Part shown: piece by piece, positions 9,634 to 18,872 of the stretch | Layout of the letters: each line of letters opens with the position of its first letter | Numbering within the stretch: the first letter of the stretch is position 1 | Assembly (NCBI GenBank): GCA_002327785.1 | Contig: DCUI01000269.1 | Span: 7,095-71,094 of the forward strand | Length of the DNA: 64,000 bases | Origin: Phycisphaerales bacterium UBA2218 | Lineage (GTDB): Bacteria; Planctomycetota; Phycisphaerae; Sedimentisphaerales; Anaerobacaceae | Direction of reading: 5' to 3' | Translations under genes and position numbers: made by a program | Notes under the pieces: generated by a model | The model's input: only the letters and a program-made list of their open reading frames with translations | What the model was told of the DNA's origin: nothing | Databases searched by the model: none

Positions 9634-10668
9634 TCACGACCGTGCGAGCATGACCTCGCGGAGTTCCCGTCGGTTGCGGCGGAGCCACTTGGTCTTGCGC
9701 AAGATCATCTCCAGAAAGGCCTGCCCGGAATGGCTGCCGAAGAACCCCGTGGCGGCAACCGGCAGGACGGCCTCGGCGATCATCGTCTCGACCATCATGT
9801 CGATCAGACCGTAGCGTTTTCGCTCGCTGAGCCGGGTGATTTCCTGGTAGCCGTTGAAGAACTCGAAGAGCCGGCCGCGGTCGAAATGGGCGGACCACTG
9901 GGTCGGGTCCGGCCGGTCGCCCACGATCGAGAATTGCAGCATGCCATTGGCCAGGTCCGTCACCGCAGGCGCATAGCGGATCGAGTCGAAATCAACCACG
10001 GCGGCTACCTTGTGGCCCTCGAACAGGAGGTTCCCAGGGTGCCAATCACCGTGTACGACCTGCCTCTTCCAGGATGGAAAACCGAGTTGGTTCACACGCA
10101 CGCACGACTTCTCGTACCTCAACAGCAACTCATCGGCAACCGCGTGCATCCTCCGGGCGGCTTCCGTCCGCTTGTCCGCGCTGATCAGCCTCAAGTGCCG
10201 CCGGACGAGAACCGCGTCGTGGAAGCACAATGGCGAAGGCTCATCGTGTCCCTTGAAGTCGGCCAGGTGTTTGTGGAACAGCGCCAGTTGTCGGCCGGCC
10301 TCGCGGGTCGCCTCGGCCGAGCCGTCGTATCGCGAGCCCTCCACGTACCGGAAAAACTCATAGATGTGATTGTCCACATTCAGGGCGGTGGTCCCTTCGT
10401 TGACCGTCGCCAGCAGGCTCGTCACCGGGAATGATCGGGCGGCAAGCTGCTTCTGCACGGCGTGGGCGAGGCCGACCCGCTCCACATCGTCCCGACCGCG
10501 GGGCCGGCGCTTGAGCAGATAGGTCCCCTTCTCGGCGGCGACCACCACTTTCGGGGCCCGACTATTACCCACCGACAGAGGCCGGACTTGATGCACGATC
10601 CCGATGTCATACCGGCTCAGGACCCGCACCAGCTCCTCAGAAGAAAAATGGGCACCACCTCTGGGCAT
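9634..10668 (-). CDS. Aminoglycoside phosphotransferase (APH)/homoserine-kinase-II-fold kinase
   Basis: HGDWHPGNLLF catalytic loop and VVDFD metal-binding motif. Protein-like sequence starts at MPRGGAHFSSEELVRVL (ATG 10668). The track ORF extension to 11055 is G/R-rich and not protein-like. Confidence 0.7.
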   Translation of the reverse strand: MPRGGAHFSSEELVRVLSRYDIGIVHQVRPLSVGNSRAPKVVVAAEKGTYLLKRRPRGRDDVERVGLAHAVQKQLAARSFPVTSLLATVNEGTTALNVDNHIYEFFRYVEGSRYDGSAEATREAGRQLALFHKHLADFKGHDEPSPLCFHDAVLVRRHLRLISADKRTEAARRMHAVADELLLRYEKSCVRVNQLGFPSWKRQVVHGDWHPGNLLFEGHKVAAVVDFDSIRYAPAVTDLANGMLQFSIVGDRPDPTQWSAHFDRGRLFEFFNGYQEITRLSERKRYGLIDMMVETMIAEAVLPVAATGFFGSHSGQAFLEMILRKTKWLRRNRRELREVMLARS

Positions 10669-11055
10669 ACTCCCATTATATCGACACTCGTCGCCCCCCG
10701 CTTGCCCACAACCGCCCCTTTGACCGCACACGCATACGTCTGATAACCACCCTCTTGTCATTCCGGGACGGCGGCAATCCGCCGTCTGCGCCCGCGCCCC
10801 GTCGCGGTTTCTCAATCGCGAGTAGTAGATTCCAGTCCCCCCCGGCGCTACTCTCGGGCCGACAGCAGTTCGCCGCTGGGCTGAGGCTGCCCCTCCGCCT
10901 GCTCCGGCTGTGCCGCAGCGAGCATCTGCCATCGTCTGGGCTGCTGGAGAATGAGCCCGGCGTAGGCCGCCGCACTGACGAGCATACTCAAGATTGCACG
11001 GATCAAGGTCAAGTAGCTGATTTTGCCCGCCGCCGAGCCGCTGAAACAGCCGCAA

Positions 11056-11823
11056 CTAATACCGCACGGCGTACCACAGGATGCCGATCCACTCGTGCAG
11101 GGCCATCGTGCTCTTTTCGAGGTGGTTCACCTTGGGCGTGATCTTCCCGATGATCTTGGGGTTGGGATCGTACATGAAATACACGGGCATGGGCACAATC
11201 GTGTCGCGGGGGAAGACCCGACCGAAAACCCATTTGGATCGCATCATGTGCACGGCCGAAGTCACCACGCCGATTCGCCTGCCTTCGCTCTTGGGCAGGA
11301 TCTCGGCCAGGCCGGCGGCGTTCATCATCGTGTTGGCCGAATAGGGCTCGACCACCGTTCGGTCCTTCGGCACACCCATGGCCACTGCCATCGCCTGCAT
11401 GACATCGGCCTCGTTCTCGGCGCCGGGCCTTGACGGTCCGCCGCAAAACGCGATCACTTGGGCGCTGCTGTTCTTGAAGTACTCCACGCCGTGATAGAGC
11501 CTGGGGAAGGCAAGGCGCGACAACTCTGCCTCCCGCCGCAGATGACCCGACGGGTAGGTGCCGCCACCGAGAATCACGACCACGTCGAGCGTCTTCAGCA
11601 CTTCGGGAGCAGGGGCTGGGTAACGACACTCCAGTGAATACGTCAGCAGATTCGCCACCGGGTCCAGACTGAAGACCAGCAGGACCAACATGCCGGCCAG
11701 CACAGAGCACCACCCGATCCTGGAGCGTCTCTTGCCGTGACTGAAACGAGTCAGAATCAGGCCCGCCGCCGTCAGCAGCAGCACCCAGACCACCGGTGTC
11801 GCAAGCGATTTCAACAAAGTCAT
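11056..11823 (-). CDS. DUF218 (YdcF/ElyC/SanA-like) membrane-anchored protein
   Basis: Two N-terminal TM segments, then VVVILGGG...VIAFCGG...EADVMQ...ANTMMNA, typical of DUF218. Confidence 0.7.
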   Translation of the reverse strand: MTLLKSLATPVVWVLLLTAAGLILTRFSHGKRRSRIGWCSVLAGMLVLLVFSLDPVANLLTYSLECRYPAPAPEVLKTLDVVVILGGGTYPSGHLRREAELSRLAFPRLYHGVEYFKNSSAQVIAFCGGPSRPGAENEADVMQAMAVAMGVPKDRTVVEPYSANTMMNAAGLAEILPKSEGRRIGVVTSAVHMMRSKWVFGRVFPRDTIVPMPVYFMYDPNPKIIGKITPKVNHLEKSTMALHEWIGILWYAVRY

Positions 11824-11855
11824 GGTTCCCTCTGCAATTGATAACCTGCGATTGA

Positions 11856-12917
11856 CTATTTACGGACATACGCACGGGCCCCGCTGCTGTAGATAAGCGA
11901 GGTTTCATGCCCGGCGGGAATGAGGATCGCCTCGATCCCAGGCAGACGCTCGATCAAGGCCAGGCCGGCGTCGGGTCCCAGGATATTTACGGCGGTGGAC
12001 AAGGCGTCGGCGGACGTCGCGTTCGGAGCGATGATCGTGTCGCTGACCAGCTTGGCGGCGCTTCTGCCGCTGTGAGTGTCCAGGATGTGACTCTGCCTGC
12101 GGCCCTTGACGAGGGCGAACCGCCGATAATCGCCGCTCGTGGCGACGCTCGCGTCGGCGATCTCCAGAACCAGCAGGTACCTTGAAGCGGTGAGGTCACC
12201 CGGGGCCACGTTCGGGTCCTGCAGGCCGATTCGCCATTTTTCCTGCCCGCGTGGGGCCCGGCCGAAACAGCGGATGTTGCCGCCGAGGTCCACCATGCCG
12301 CCCAGGGCACCCCGCTTTTTCATTGCCTCGACCGCCTTGTCCACCGCGTAGCCTTTGGCGATTCCACCCAGGTCGATCTTCATCCCTGCTTCAGCGAAGC
12401 GGACCGTCATCGCCTTGTCATCCAGGACCAGCTTCTCGAACCCAACCTTCCGGCGGACCTCGGCAAGGGCCTCCTCGCTCGGGAGTTCGTTCGCCTGCCC
12501 CGCCGCTCGCCAGAGGTCCACCAAGGGTCCCACCGTCACATCGAACGTCCCTTGCGAAACCTCGCTGAAGTGGATCGCCTGGCGGAGAACCTCGAACGTC
12601 ATCGGATTCACCGGGACGGGGCCCTGGGCCGCATGAAGGTTGACCTGGCTCAACTCAGAATCCTCGCGATGATAGCTCATCAGGGATTCGACGCGGTCCT
12701 GCAACTCGAACGCCGCTTTGATGCAGGCATGGGCCGTCCGTTCGCTTCGAGCGATCGCCACCACGCGGGAGAACGTGCCCATCACCAATCGGGGACCGCT
12801 ATCGACCTGGACCGGACTGCGTCCGATGACCGTCAAATACAGAAGGCCCAAAACAAGGGCCAGCCCGGCGGCGACCGCCACAAGAAGATGCGCCTTTCTC
12901 ATCAAATTCCTGCTCAA
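11856..12917 (-). CDS. apbE: FAD:protein FMN transferase (ApbE family)
   Basis: GGIAKGYAVDKAVEAMKKRG, MVDLGGNIR, SVATSGDYRRF motifs. N-terminal membrane/signal anchor. Confidence 0.8.
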   Translation of the reverse strand: MSRNLMRKAHLLVAVAAGLALVLGLLYLTVIGRSPVQVDSGPRLVMGTFSRVVAIARSERTAHACIKAAFELQDRVESLMSYHREDSELSQVNLHAAQGPVPVNPMTFEVLRQAIHFSEVSQGTFDVTVGPLVDLWRAAGQANELPSEEALAEVRRKVGFEKLVLDDKAMTVRFAEAGMKIDLGGIAKGYAVDKAVEAMKKRGALGGMVDLGGNIRCFGRAPRGQEKWRIGLQDPNVAPGDLTASRYLLVLEIADASVATSGDYRRFALVKGRRQSHILDTHSGRSAAKLVSDTIIAPNATSADALSTAVNILGPDAGLALIERLPGIEAILIPAGHETSLIYSSGARAYVRK

Positions 12918-12976
12918 TCGACGATTTACAGTTCACTATCTGTTTTTGGGGCTTCTCCCACCAAACCAGCTTCTAT

Positions 12977-13011
12977 CGTAAATCGCAAATCGCAAATCGT
13001 AAATCACAAAT
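12977..13011. repeat. Heptamer tandem repeat (CGYAAAT-like, 5 units) in a divergent promoter region
   Basis: CGTAAAT CGCAAAT CGCAAAT CGTAAAT CACAAAT, immediately followed by TATAAT at 13013-13018. Confidence 0.8.
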
Positions 13012-14860
13012 GTATAATGGTTCCATGAAAGACAACCCCATAGAGATCATCGCGCCTCGCGTCGAGCGGGAACTCCTGCCCTTCGTGCGGAGGCCTGCCC
13101 GCTACATCGGCGGCGAAGTCAACCAGGTCCGCAAGGACCTGAGCCGATGCCGGTTGAGGGTCGCCCTGTGTTTCCCCGACGTCTACGAGATCGGCATGTC
13201 CAACACGGGCATGCCCATCCTTTATCACATCCTCAATGAAATGGATGGCGTCGCCGCCGAACGGGTGTTCGCGCCGTGGACGGATGCGGAAGAGATTCTG
13301 CGACGCAAGCAGATCCCGCTGTTCAGCCTGGAGTCCAAGGCCGCCCTCGGCGGGTTCGACGTGATCGGTTTCGGCCTGACGAACGAGCTGTGCTATACGA
13401 GTGTCCTGAACATTCTCGACCTGGCGGGGCTGAACGTCCGCCGGAACCACCGGAGGGACGAAGATCCCCTGGTCATCGCCGGCGGCGGCATGGCGAACTG
13501 CTGCGAGCCGATGGCCGAGTTCATCGATCTGTTCGTCCTCGGCGATGGGGAACAGGCTGTCACGGAGCTTGTGGACCTGCTGCTTGAGGCCAAGGCGACA
13601 GGCTGGGACAAACGCCGGACCCTCCTGGAGGCCGCCCGGCGGTTCGAGTGGGCCTATGTCCCGCAGTTCTACGAGTTCAAGTACGACGGCACGCGGCCCA
13701 CGTCTTTCCGAGCGACCGAGCCCGGCCTGCGCACCCGGTTCACAAACGCAGTCGTGGAGGACTTCGAGAACGCGCCGGCGCCGGCGCGACCGATTGTCCC
13801 ATTCGTCGAGGCGGTTCACGAGCGGGTCAGCATCGAGATCATGCGGGGCTGCCCGGGCCGGTGCCGGTTCTGCCAGGCCAGCTACTGCCGACGGCCCATT
13901 CGCAGCCGCAGCGTCGAGAGAGTCCTCGAACTGGCCCAAACCGCCTATCACGCGAGCGGCTTCGATACCGTGAGCCTACTGAGTCTGTCCACAGCGGACT
14001 ACCCGCAGTTAGAGGAACTCGTGGCCCGGTTGCAGGAGTACTTCGAAGGCAGGCACGTCGGGCTCTCAATCCCAAGTCTTCGCGTGGACCAGCAGTTGCA
14101 CCTGGTGCCGAGACTGTTCACATCGGTGCGTAAGAGCGGGTTGACCATCGCTGTGGAAGCCGCCGGCGAAAGGCTTCGGCAGATCATCAACAAGCCCCTG
14201 AAGGACAGCGACCTGTTTGCTGCCGTCGAGGAGGCATACAGGGCGGGCTGGGAAAAGCTCAAACTCTATTTCATGGTGGGCCTGCCCGGCGAGACGCTCG
14301 ACGACGTCAAGGACATCGTCGGCCTATGCCACCGCCTGGCGACCCTGCGTCGGCGTGTGGACGGAAAAACAGGCAGCATCAATATCGCCGTCAGTTGGTT
14401 CGTGCCGAAGCCGCACACGCCCTTCGGCTGGTTGCCGCAGAGACCGCGTGAATACTTCGAACAGGCCAGACGAATCATCATCGACGAAAAACTGCGGTTG
14501 CGGGCGAAGTTCCTTGTCTTCAAATTCCACGAGATCAACCAGAGCATTCTGGAAGCAGCGATGGGCCGAGGCGACAGGCGATGTGCGGATACCATCGAGG
14601 CGGCCTGGCGGCTTGGCGCGCGGTTCGACCTCTGGGACGATTGCTTCAACTACGCAATCTGGCGAGAGGCCTTCGCCCAAGCCGGGATCGACCTTGAAGC
14701 AGCCGCACAGCAATCCTTTGCGACGGACGCCGTACTGCCCTGGGAACACCTCGGCGGGCCGGACAAGACATACCTGCTGACTCACTACAATAACGCAAAA
14801 GGGGTAGCCACGCTGCCTCAAGAGACTGACCCACCGGCTCCCATCAGACAATCAATCTGA
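13010..14860 (+). CDS. Radical SAM protein (TIGR03960-like; B12-binding-like N-domain plus radical SAM core)
   Basis: CPGRCRFC (CxxxCxxC) cluster motif. The N-terminal VERELLPFVRRPARYIGGEVN matches what I recall for the TIGR03960 family. An alternative start at ATG 13025 is likely. Confidence 0.75.
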   Translation: MYNGSMKDNPIEIIAPRVERELLPFVRRPARYIGGEVNQVRKDLSRCRLRVALCFPDVYEIGMSNTGMPILYHILNEMDGVAAERVFAPWTDAEEILRRKQIPLFSLESKAALGGFDVIGFGLTNELCYTSVLNILDLAGLNVRRNHRRDEDPLVIAGGGMANCCEPMAEFIDLFVLGDGEQAVTELVDLLLEAKATGWDKRRTLLEAARRFEWAYVPQFYEFKYDGTRPTSFRATEPGLRTRFTNAVVEDFENAPAPARPIVPFVEAVHERVSIEIMRGCPGRCRFCQASYCRRPIRSRSVERVLELAQTAYHASGFDTVSLLSLSTADYPQLEELVARLQEYFEGRHVGLSIPSLRVDQQLHLVPRLFTSVRKSGLTIAVEAAGERLRQIINKPLKDSDLFAAVEEAYRAGWEKLKLYFMVGLPGETLDDVKDIVGLCHRLATLRRRVDGKTGSINIAVSWFVPKPHTPFGWLPQRPREYFEQARRIIIDEKLRLRAKFLVFKFHEINQSILEAAMGRGDRRCADTIEAAWRLGARFDLWDDCFNYAIWREAFAQAGIDLEAAAQQSFATDAVLPWEHLGGPDKTYLLTHYNNAKGVATLPQETDPPAPIRQSI

Positions 14861-14953
14861 GGTCGTCCGCTATTGCGCATGTGTCGTCCGTGCGGCCGGA
14901 TACGACGCATGTCTCCTGGATTCCAACGTCCTGAAACACAGCATTGTGTAGTA

Positions 14954-14992
14954 GACGGGCTTGCCGACGCGGGTCGGCAAAGCGAGCCCGTC
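14954..14992 (+). other. Stable GC-rich stem-loop downstream of the radical SAM gene
   Basis: GACGGGC-TTGCCGAC-GCGG-GTCGGCAA-(AGCGA)-GCCCGTC: 15 paired positions with one bulge. No U-tract, so assignment as an intrinsic terminator is uncertain. Confidence 0.35.
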
Positions 14993-15261
14993 ATGACGCG
15001 TGCCGCTGCCGCTCATAGCGTGTGGGTCCTCTAATCCGGCCGGAAACAGACGGTCGTGCCCCTACGGGACCACCGTCCGTTGTGAGACGGACTGCCGGAA
15101 CCGTGGTCTGCGCCGCCTCGATCTGGAATTCTCCACACATGAGCGGGGGATTCCCTCCAGTCGCCTCCAATCCCTGTCGATATCCGAGCAACATACGTCC
15201 TGCTGTTGCGTCGGAAATACCCTCGCTCCGGCCGGACCACAGTTCAGAGCGGGAGGACAGC

Positions 15262-16413
15262 ATGAGAATCGCACAGAAACAGTGGACCACCCAAAGCGGC
15301 TGGCAGCTTGTTTCACCAAATGGAACAAGTCATCAGGCTCAATTGGCCCTCGTGTTCGGTGACCTCAACATCCTCAAACGAAACAGGTGCATCGAGGAGA
15401 TCCGTGAACTGTTTCCTGTAGCGCGGATCGTCGGCTGCTCGACGGCCGGCGAGATCCTTGGAGATCGGGTCTGTGACGACTCGCTCACAGTCACGGGGGT
15501 GTCTTTTGAGAACACCCAACTGCAATTCGCCCAGACGGTCGTGAACAACATGGAAGACAGCTACAACGCCGGGGTCCGGCTGGCCGATACACTCAGTCAC
15601 GATGGTCTGGCTCATGTTTTTGTCCTATCGGATGGTCTGAATGTGAATGGAAGCGCCCTCGCCCAGGGTCTCCAGAGCAAACTGCCACCGGACGTGGCGG
15701 TGACGGGCGGCCTGGCAGGAGACCAGGGCCGGTTCAAAGAAACGGCCGTGTTCCTGGATACAATCTCCGACAAGAAGACCATCGTCGCGATTGGCTTCTA
15801 CGGGAAGGCCCTCAAGGTCCGTTATGGGTCGCGTGGTGGTTGGGACTCGTTTGGGCCGGATCGTCTGGTTACAAAATCGAAGGCGAACGTCGTCTATGAG
15901 TTGGACGGCCGGTCGATTCTGCAGCTCTATAAGAAGTACCTGGGCGATCAGGCTGACGGTTTGCCTGCGACGGGACTTCTGTTTCCTTTGAGCCTGGCGC
16001 TCGACGACAGGCAGGAGCGTCTTGTTCGCACGATCCTGGCGGTCAACGAAGACGAGGGCAGCATGACCTTCGCCGGAGATGTCCCGGAAGGCAGTCTCGC
16101 TCGCCTGATGAGAGCCAGTCTCGAATGCCTTGTGGACGGCGCTGCCGACTCGGCCAGGCAAACCCACGATAACGGCTCGCCGGCCCCCGATCTGGCCCTG
16201 CTCATCAGTTGCGTAGGCCGAAAGCTGGTCTTGAAGCAGCGAGTGGATGAAGAGGTGGAGAGCGTTCGCAATGCGCTCGGCGCGACCACGGCAATGACGG
16301 GCTTTTATTCCTACGGGGAGATCTGTCCCGTCGGACTCGACCGCAAGCAAGCCGAGCTGCACAATCAAACCATGACGATCACGACGTTCTCGGAGCAACC
16401 GTGCCGGTCATGA
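15262..16413 (+). CDS. FIST-domain sensory protein (FIST_N + FIST_C)
   Basis: LALVFGD...IVGCSTAGEI...HVFVLSDGLNVNGS...GFYGKA...ISCVGRK...MTGFYSYGEI, typical of FIST. ATG 15262 is preceded by GGGAGGA. The upstream part of the track ORF is not protein-like. Confidence 0.75.
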   Translation: MRIAQKQWTTQSGWQLVSPNGTSHQAQLALVFGDLNILKRNRCIEEIRELFPVARIVGCSTAGEILGDRVCDDSLTVTGVSFENTQLQFAQTVVNNMEDSYNAGVRLADTLSHDGLAHVFVLSDGLNVNGSALAQGLQSKLPPDVAVTGGLAGDQGRFKETAVFLDTISDKKTIVAIGFYGKALKVRYGSRGGWDSFGPDRLVTKSKANVVYELDGRSILQLYKKYLGDQADGLPATGLLFPLSLALDDRQERLVRTILAVNEDEGSMTFAGDVPEGSLARLMRASLECLVDGAADSARQTHDNGSPAPDLALLISCVGRKLVLKQRVDEEVESVRNALGATTAMTGFYSYGEICPVGLDRKQAELHNQTMTITTFSEQPCRS

Positions 16414-17759
16414 ACAGACTGTTGCAGCGACAGATAGAGAAACACCTCGGGAGCACAGACGCTGCCCCGGCGGAATTACAGTCTCTGTTCACGGCCATCA
16501 GTGATGCCTACGACGGCTTTGACGCCGACCGGCGTCTGATCGAGCGTTCGTTGGATATCAGCTCTCAGGAACTCACCGAAATCAATGACAGACTGCGCGA
16601 AGAGATCGGAGAACGCAAGGCTGCCGACCACGAGTTGAGGCAGTCCCTCTCCCTTTTGACGGCCACGTTGGAATCGACTGCCGACGGGATCCTGGTGGTC
16701 GACCGGTCCGGGCACGTCAAAGGCTTCAACAAGCAGTTCGCGGCCATGTGGCGAATCCCCGACGCGATCCTTGAGTCGGGCCAAGACGAGCGGCTGTTGT
16801 CCTTTGTGCTGGACCAGTTGCAGGATCCCCAGGCATTCCTGGTCAAAGTCCAACAACTCTACAATGACCCGGCGATCGACAGCAACGATATCATCCACTT
16901 CAAGGATGGACGGGTGTTCGACAGGTACTCCAAACCGCAGCTTCTGGAAGACGAGATTGTGGGCCGCGTGTGGAGCTTCCGGGACATCACCGCCCAGGTC
17001 CGGCTCGTGCAACAGTTGAAGGATGCCAATCGCCAATTCGTGAGAGTCAACAAGGAGTTGAACGACTTCGCCTATGTCGTGTCGCACGATTTGAAGGCGC
17101 CCCTGCGAGGCATCAAGACGCTGGCCGGCTGGATTGCCGCCGACTGCGCCGACCGGCTCGACGTAGAGGCAAAAGAGCAATTGTCCCTGCTGCTCAACCG
17201 TGTCGACAGAATGCACGGCCTGATCGACGGAATCCTTCAGTATTCAAGGATTGGACGGATCACGGAAGAGATCACGCAAGTGGACCTCAACGAATTGGTG
17301 CCGCAGGTCATAGACCTGCTGGCTGCCCCGGAACACATCGAGATCACGGTCCGGGATGAACTGCCCGTCGTGGAGTGCGAACGGACTCGGGTCACTCAGC
17401 TTTTCCAGAACTTGATCAGCAACGCGGTCAAGTACATGGACAAGCCTCGCGGGTCCATCACCATCGGTTGCACCAGCGACGACGAATGGTGGACCTTCAG
17501 CGTCGCAGACAACGGACCCGGGATCGACGAGAAGTATCACGAGCGAATCTTCCAATTGTTCCAGACACTGTCCCCTCGGGATGCCTATGAGAGCACAGGC
17601 ATCGGACTGACGCTCGTCAAAAAGATTGTCGAAACAAATGGCGGGAGAGTCTGGGTTGAGTCCGAGCTCGGCCGGGGAAGCACCTTCTTTTTCACACTGC
17701 CTCAGAAAATACGGGGAGAATTGCAGAATGAGAAACTCCAGACCAGTGCTGCTTGTTGA
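16410..17759 (+). CDS. Cytoplasmic PAS-domain sensor histidine kinase
   Basis: Coiled coil, then a PAS-like segment (ADGILVVDRSGHV...WSFRDIT), H-box FAYVVSHDLKAPLRG, and an HATPase (NAVKY...DNGPGID...GIGLTLVKK). Its ATG overlaps the FIST stop as ATGA. GTG 16401 is an alternative start. Confidence 0.85.
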   Translation: MNRLLQRQIEKHLGSTDAAPAELQSLFTAISDAYDGFDADRRLIERSLDISSQELTEINDRLREEIGERKAADHELRQSLSLLTATLESTADGILVVDRSGHVKGFNKQFAAMWRIPDAILESGQDERLLSFVLDQLQDPQAFLVKVQQLYNDPAIDSNDIIHFKDGRVFDRYSKPQLLEDEIVGRVWSFRDITAQVRLVQQLKDANRQFVRVNKELNDFAYVVSHDLKAPLRGIKTLAGWIAADCADRLDVEAKEQLSLLLNRVDRMHGLIDGILQYSRIGRITEEITQVDLNELVPQVIDLLAAPEHIEITVRDELPVVECERTRVTQLFQNLISNAVKYMDKPRGSITIGCTSDDEWWTFSVADNGPGIDEKYHERIFQLFQTLSPRDAYESTGIGLTLVKKIVETNGGRVWVESELGRGSTFFFTLPQKIRGELQNEKLQTSAAC

Positions 17760-18189
17760 AGATGACAGTATCGACGCGATGACGGTGCGAAGGGCGTTTC
17801 GGGACCTGAAGGTGGCCAACCCGCTGAAACACACCATCAACGGCGAGGAAGCGCTGGCCTACCTCCAGGATGAGGCGAATGACAAGCCGTGCGTCATCCT
17901 CCTGGACCTGAACATGCCCAAGATGAATGGCGCCGAGTTCCTGAAAGTCGCCAAGGCAGATCCCGTACTCAGGAAGATCCCCGTCATCGTCCTGACCACG
18001 TCCAGCGAGGAACGAGACGTCGTGGAGAGTTTCCGGCTCAGCGTAGCCGGCTACATCATCAAACCCGTCGATTACAGGAAGTTCGTGGAGGCGATCCAGA
18101 CCATCGACATGTACTGGACGCTGAGCGAGCTTCCCCAGGAGAAGATGGAGGACGCCGATGCTTTGTGCCAAACCCATACTGTTGGTTGA
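17728..18189 (+). CDS. Single-domain response regulator (REC only)
   Basis: VLLVEDD...ILLDLNMPKMNG...PVIVLTTS...GYIIKP. Overlaps the kinase gene by 32 nt. Confidence 0.85.
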   Translation: MRNSRPVLLVEDDSIDAMTVRRAFRDLKVANPLKHTINGEEALAYLQDEANDKPCVILLDLNMPKMNGAEFLKVAKADPVLRKIPVIVLTTSSEERDVVESFRLSVAGYIIKPVDYRKFVEAIQTIDMYWTLSELPQEKMEDADALCQTHTVG

Positions 18190-18592
18190 GGACGACCTTG
18201 TTGACGCCCTGGCGATCAAGCGGGCCGTCCGTGACTCGAACGCAGGGGACACCGTGATCCACGTCCGCTCCGTACAGGAGGCCCTGGCGTTTTTGCGTTC
18301 ACCGGAAAACAACAGGCCCACATTGATCCTGCTCGATCTGAACTTGCCCGGCATGAACGGCTTCACGCTTCTCCGGATCGTCAAAAGCGATCCGTGCCTG
18401 AGAGACATTCCCATCGTCGCATTGACGGCCTCCGGAGAGTCCCAGGACATCTACAGCAGCTTCGATCTGGGCGTCGCCGGATACATGGTGAAATCGCCCG
18501 ACTACGCAGGTCTCATGGAGACCATCAGGACCATCCAGGACTACTGGAGTCTCAACCAGCTTCCGGCGTGCTCCACCCGCCGCGGCAGGTGA
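18158..18592 (+). CDS. Single-domain response regulator (REC only), paralog
   Basis: ILLVEDD...ILLDLNLPGMNG...PIVALTAS...GYMVKS. GGAGGA lies 5 nt upstream of the ATG. Overlaps the previous REC gene by 32 nt. Confidence 0.85.
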   Translation: MLCAKPILLVEDDLVDALAIKRAVRDSNAGDTVIHVRSVQEALAFLRSPENNRPTLILLDLNLPGMNGFTLLRIVKSDPCLRDIPIVALTASGESQDIYSSFDLGVAGYMVKSPDYAGLMETIRTIQDYWSLNQLPACSTRRGR

Positions 18593-18710
18593 CCCCGGCG
18601 AGGATGCCCCCACATCACGGAGATCGCCCGCCGGTCAACATGTCCTGCCCGCATGTGGTGACCCTCCGCCGCTGAACCACGGCATTTCCGCAGACGCCCC
18701 ATTTTTTTCT

Positions 18711-18739
18711 TTGACAACGCACCGAGCGAACTTTATAAA
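18711..18739 (+). promoter_or_regulatory. Candidate sigma70 promoter of acs
   Basis: TTGACA (18711-18716), 17-nt spacer, TATAAA (18734-18739), in an AT-rich patch about 135 nt upstream of the acs ATG. Confidence 0.45.
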
Positions 18740-18872
18740 GTAGGGTTTATATTGTATGCCTCTCTGGTATCCCCGTGATGCCGTGTGTCCGGCGGTTTTG
18801 ACAGAAGAGTGCCGCTGAGAGCACCCGGGATGTCCGCGGAGGCGAACGTATTTATCACACAAGGAGACCGCT

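Noticed and set aside
10848-11018. Short minus-strand ORF downstream of the DUF218 gene, encoding a TM-like helix (LTLIRAILSMLVSAAAYAGLIL) and an acidic/Gln-rich tail.
   Set aside because: It has only 45-57 codons depending on an ATG or TTG start, and I saw no RBS and no family signature. It cannot be separated from chance. I keep it only as a note for ribosome profiling.
10669-11055. N-terminal 129-codon extension of the APH-like ORF. There are analogous extensions at 15022..15261, 32528..32575, 35463..35678, 54979..55068, 54857..55543, 60066..60146 and 62217..62513.
   Set aside because: The extension sequences are G/R/C-rich or run through repeats or intergenic DNA. In each case an internal start with a plausible RBS, signal peptide or family-typical N-terminus follows.
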